From: Candidatus Methanomethylicia archaeon
Lineage (GTDB): Archaea > Thermoproteota > Methanomethylicia > Nezhaarchaeales > B40-G2
Direction: 5' to 3'
Length of the DNA: 15,391 nt
Assembly: GCA_029259155.1 (NCBI GenBank)
Contig: JAPDJI010000024.1
Location: 1 to 15,391 of the forward strand
Shown here: in pieces, positions 15,211 through 15,391 of the stretch
Position numbering within the stretch: position 1 is the stretch's first letter
How the letters are laid out: every line of letters starts with the position of its first letter
Program-made: the position numbers and the translations under genes
Notes under the pieces: model-generated
Database searches by the model: none
What the model saw: the letters and a program-made list of their open reading frames with translations, nothing else
What the model was told of the DNA's origin: nothing

Positions 15211-15232
15211 AATAGCTGGTTGCATAGCTATT
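15211..15232. promoter_or_regulatory. Perfect 7-bp inverted repeat upstream of the RHH gene
   Basis: AATAGCT-GGTTGCAT-AGCTATT, 19-40 bp upstream of ATG 15192. Confidence 0.4.
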
Positions 15233-15391
15233 AAGCCTTAGCCTCAATCAACAACGGTTCAAGCACAGCTAGCACTCTATTGACGCTTTCCTCCACGGAT
15301 TCACGCTCGGTATCCACCGTCACCTCAGGGGTTAAAGGGGGCTCATAGGGATCGTCCAGCCCCGTCATGTGTTTAACCTCACCGGCCAAAG
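15231..15391 (-). CDS. cysC: Adenylylsulfate (APS) kinase, 3' end; the 5' part lies outside the window
   Basis: Manual translation: [52 protein letters not shown]. This matches the CysC AGEIxxFTGIDDPYExP motif. Stop TAA at 15233-15231. Not in the ORF track. Confidence 0.9.
   Translation of the reverse strand, partial: LAGEVKHMTGLDDPYEPPLTPEVTVDTERESVEESVNRVLAVLEPLLIEAKA

Noticed and set aside
1-15391. tRNA, rRNA, CRISPR array, C/D box sRNA, transposase or integrase
   Set aside because: I found no cloverleaf, regularly spaced repeats, convincing intergenic RTGATGA/CTGA box pair or mobile-element protein motifs by eye.

Overview
Gene-dense, GC-rich archaeal chromosome segment. TATA-like boxes, putative leaderless ATG genes, GGGG/GAGG Shine-Dalgarno motifs and the protein families suggest a thermophilic TACK/Thermoproteota-type archaeon (inference). 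In order: 3' part of an AMP-forming acetyl-CoA synthetase overlapping a macrodomain gene; a hypothetical protein; a chimeric scar missing from the ORF track (5' end of a 4Fe-4S protein gene joined out of frame to the 3' end of cofD); a minus-strand operon encoding a GDGT ring synthase (Grs)-like radical SAM enzyme and a PadR regulator, with tandem palindromes over its promoter; a probable membrane-protein pseudogene; an orphan ADP-forming acyl-CoA synthetase beta subunit; an ATP-type PEP carboxykinase divergent from an Lrp/AsnC regulator; an isocitrate/isopropylmalate-dehydrogenase-family gene, a hypothetical gene and an alpha/beta hydrolase in one operon; a Cys-containing V4R/DUF6125-like protein divergent from a long-chain acyl-CoA ligase; a membrane-anchored M6 metalloprotease; an RHH protein with a sulfatase-like C-terminal tail; and the 3' end of adenylylsulfate kinase. 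I saw no rRNA, tRNA, CRISPR array or intact mobile element. All family calls are from motif recognition by eye, with no database searches. The most interesting items are the candidate PadR-controlled Grs operon and the Fe-S/cofD deletion scar.
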